A stretch of 64,000 nucleotides of DNA from a virus (taxonomy: Duplodnaviria; Caudoviricetes). Where the stretch lies: the IMG/VR virus record IMGVR_UViG_3300013308_000020, positions 28,207-92,206 of that record. The stretch is one strand, 5' to 3'. Below the pieces are notes generated by a model. The model was given only the letters and a program-made list of their open reading frames with translations. It was not told where the DNA came from and did no database searches. How positions within the stretch are numbered: position 1 is the stretch's first letter; each line of letters begins with the position of its first letter. Below are positions 63,999 to 64,000 of the stretch, in pieces. The translations under genes were made by a program, and so were the position numbers.

Positions 63999-64000
63999 TC

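Larger units (their letters stand above)
1..64000. mobile_element. crAss-like (Crassvirales-type) bacteriophage genome segment
   Basis: Gene content and order match crAss-like phages: a PolB/DnaB/primase/ligase/UNG replication block converges on ring - IHF - tail tubular - stabilisation - cargo - giant virion RNAP (DxDID motif). No host housekeeping genes or integrase seen. Confidence 0.93.

Noticed and set aside
1-64000. Stop-codon reassignment (TAG or TGA), known in some crAss-like phages
   Set aside because: Genes up to 4863 aa are open in the standard code, and TGA/TAG occur as coupled stops at clear gene ends. No suppressor tRNA seen.

Overview
This is a 64-kb, AT-rich internal segment of a crAss-like (Crassvirales-type) podophage genome. 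The probable host is a Bacteroidota member, judging by a canonical TTTG-N20-TAnnTTTG promoter, AT-rich ribosome-binding regions without Shine-Dalgarno sequences, and a Q-rule signal peptide. It uses the standard genetic code. The + strand (1-21098) carries the replication/recombination module: family B DNA polymerase C-terminus, SF2 helicase, DnaB, ssDNA-annealing protein, putative SSB, primase, PD-(D/E)XK nucleases, ATP-dependent ligase, a degenerate UNG, DUF932, MazG-like pyrophosphatase and many small ORFs. It converges at a bidirectional terminator (about 21126-21161) with the - strand virion module. That module holds ring/tail genes, a tail fibre, three paralogous beta-helix tailspikes, an overlapping spanin-like pair, an IHF/HU-like protein, a tail tubular protein, a split tail-stabilisation (muzzle) gene and four large cargo proteins. 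One cargo protein is a 4863-aa virion RNA polymerase (DYDID motif) fused to SF1 helicase, HAD and zincin domains. The most notable observations are: (1) a 1670-aa cargo protein punctuated by paired Y-x-x-G-G motifs exactly 9 residues apart, a candidate processed polyprotein; (2) the multi-enzyme vRNAP; (3) a structured ~170-nt RNA just downstream of a host-type promoter; (4) a UNG with a rewired active site; (5) a lipobox-less spanin-like pair. All assignments come from motif recognition by eye; no database searches were run.
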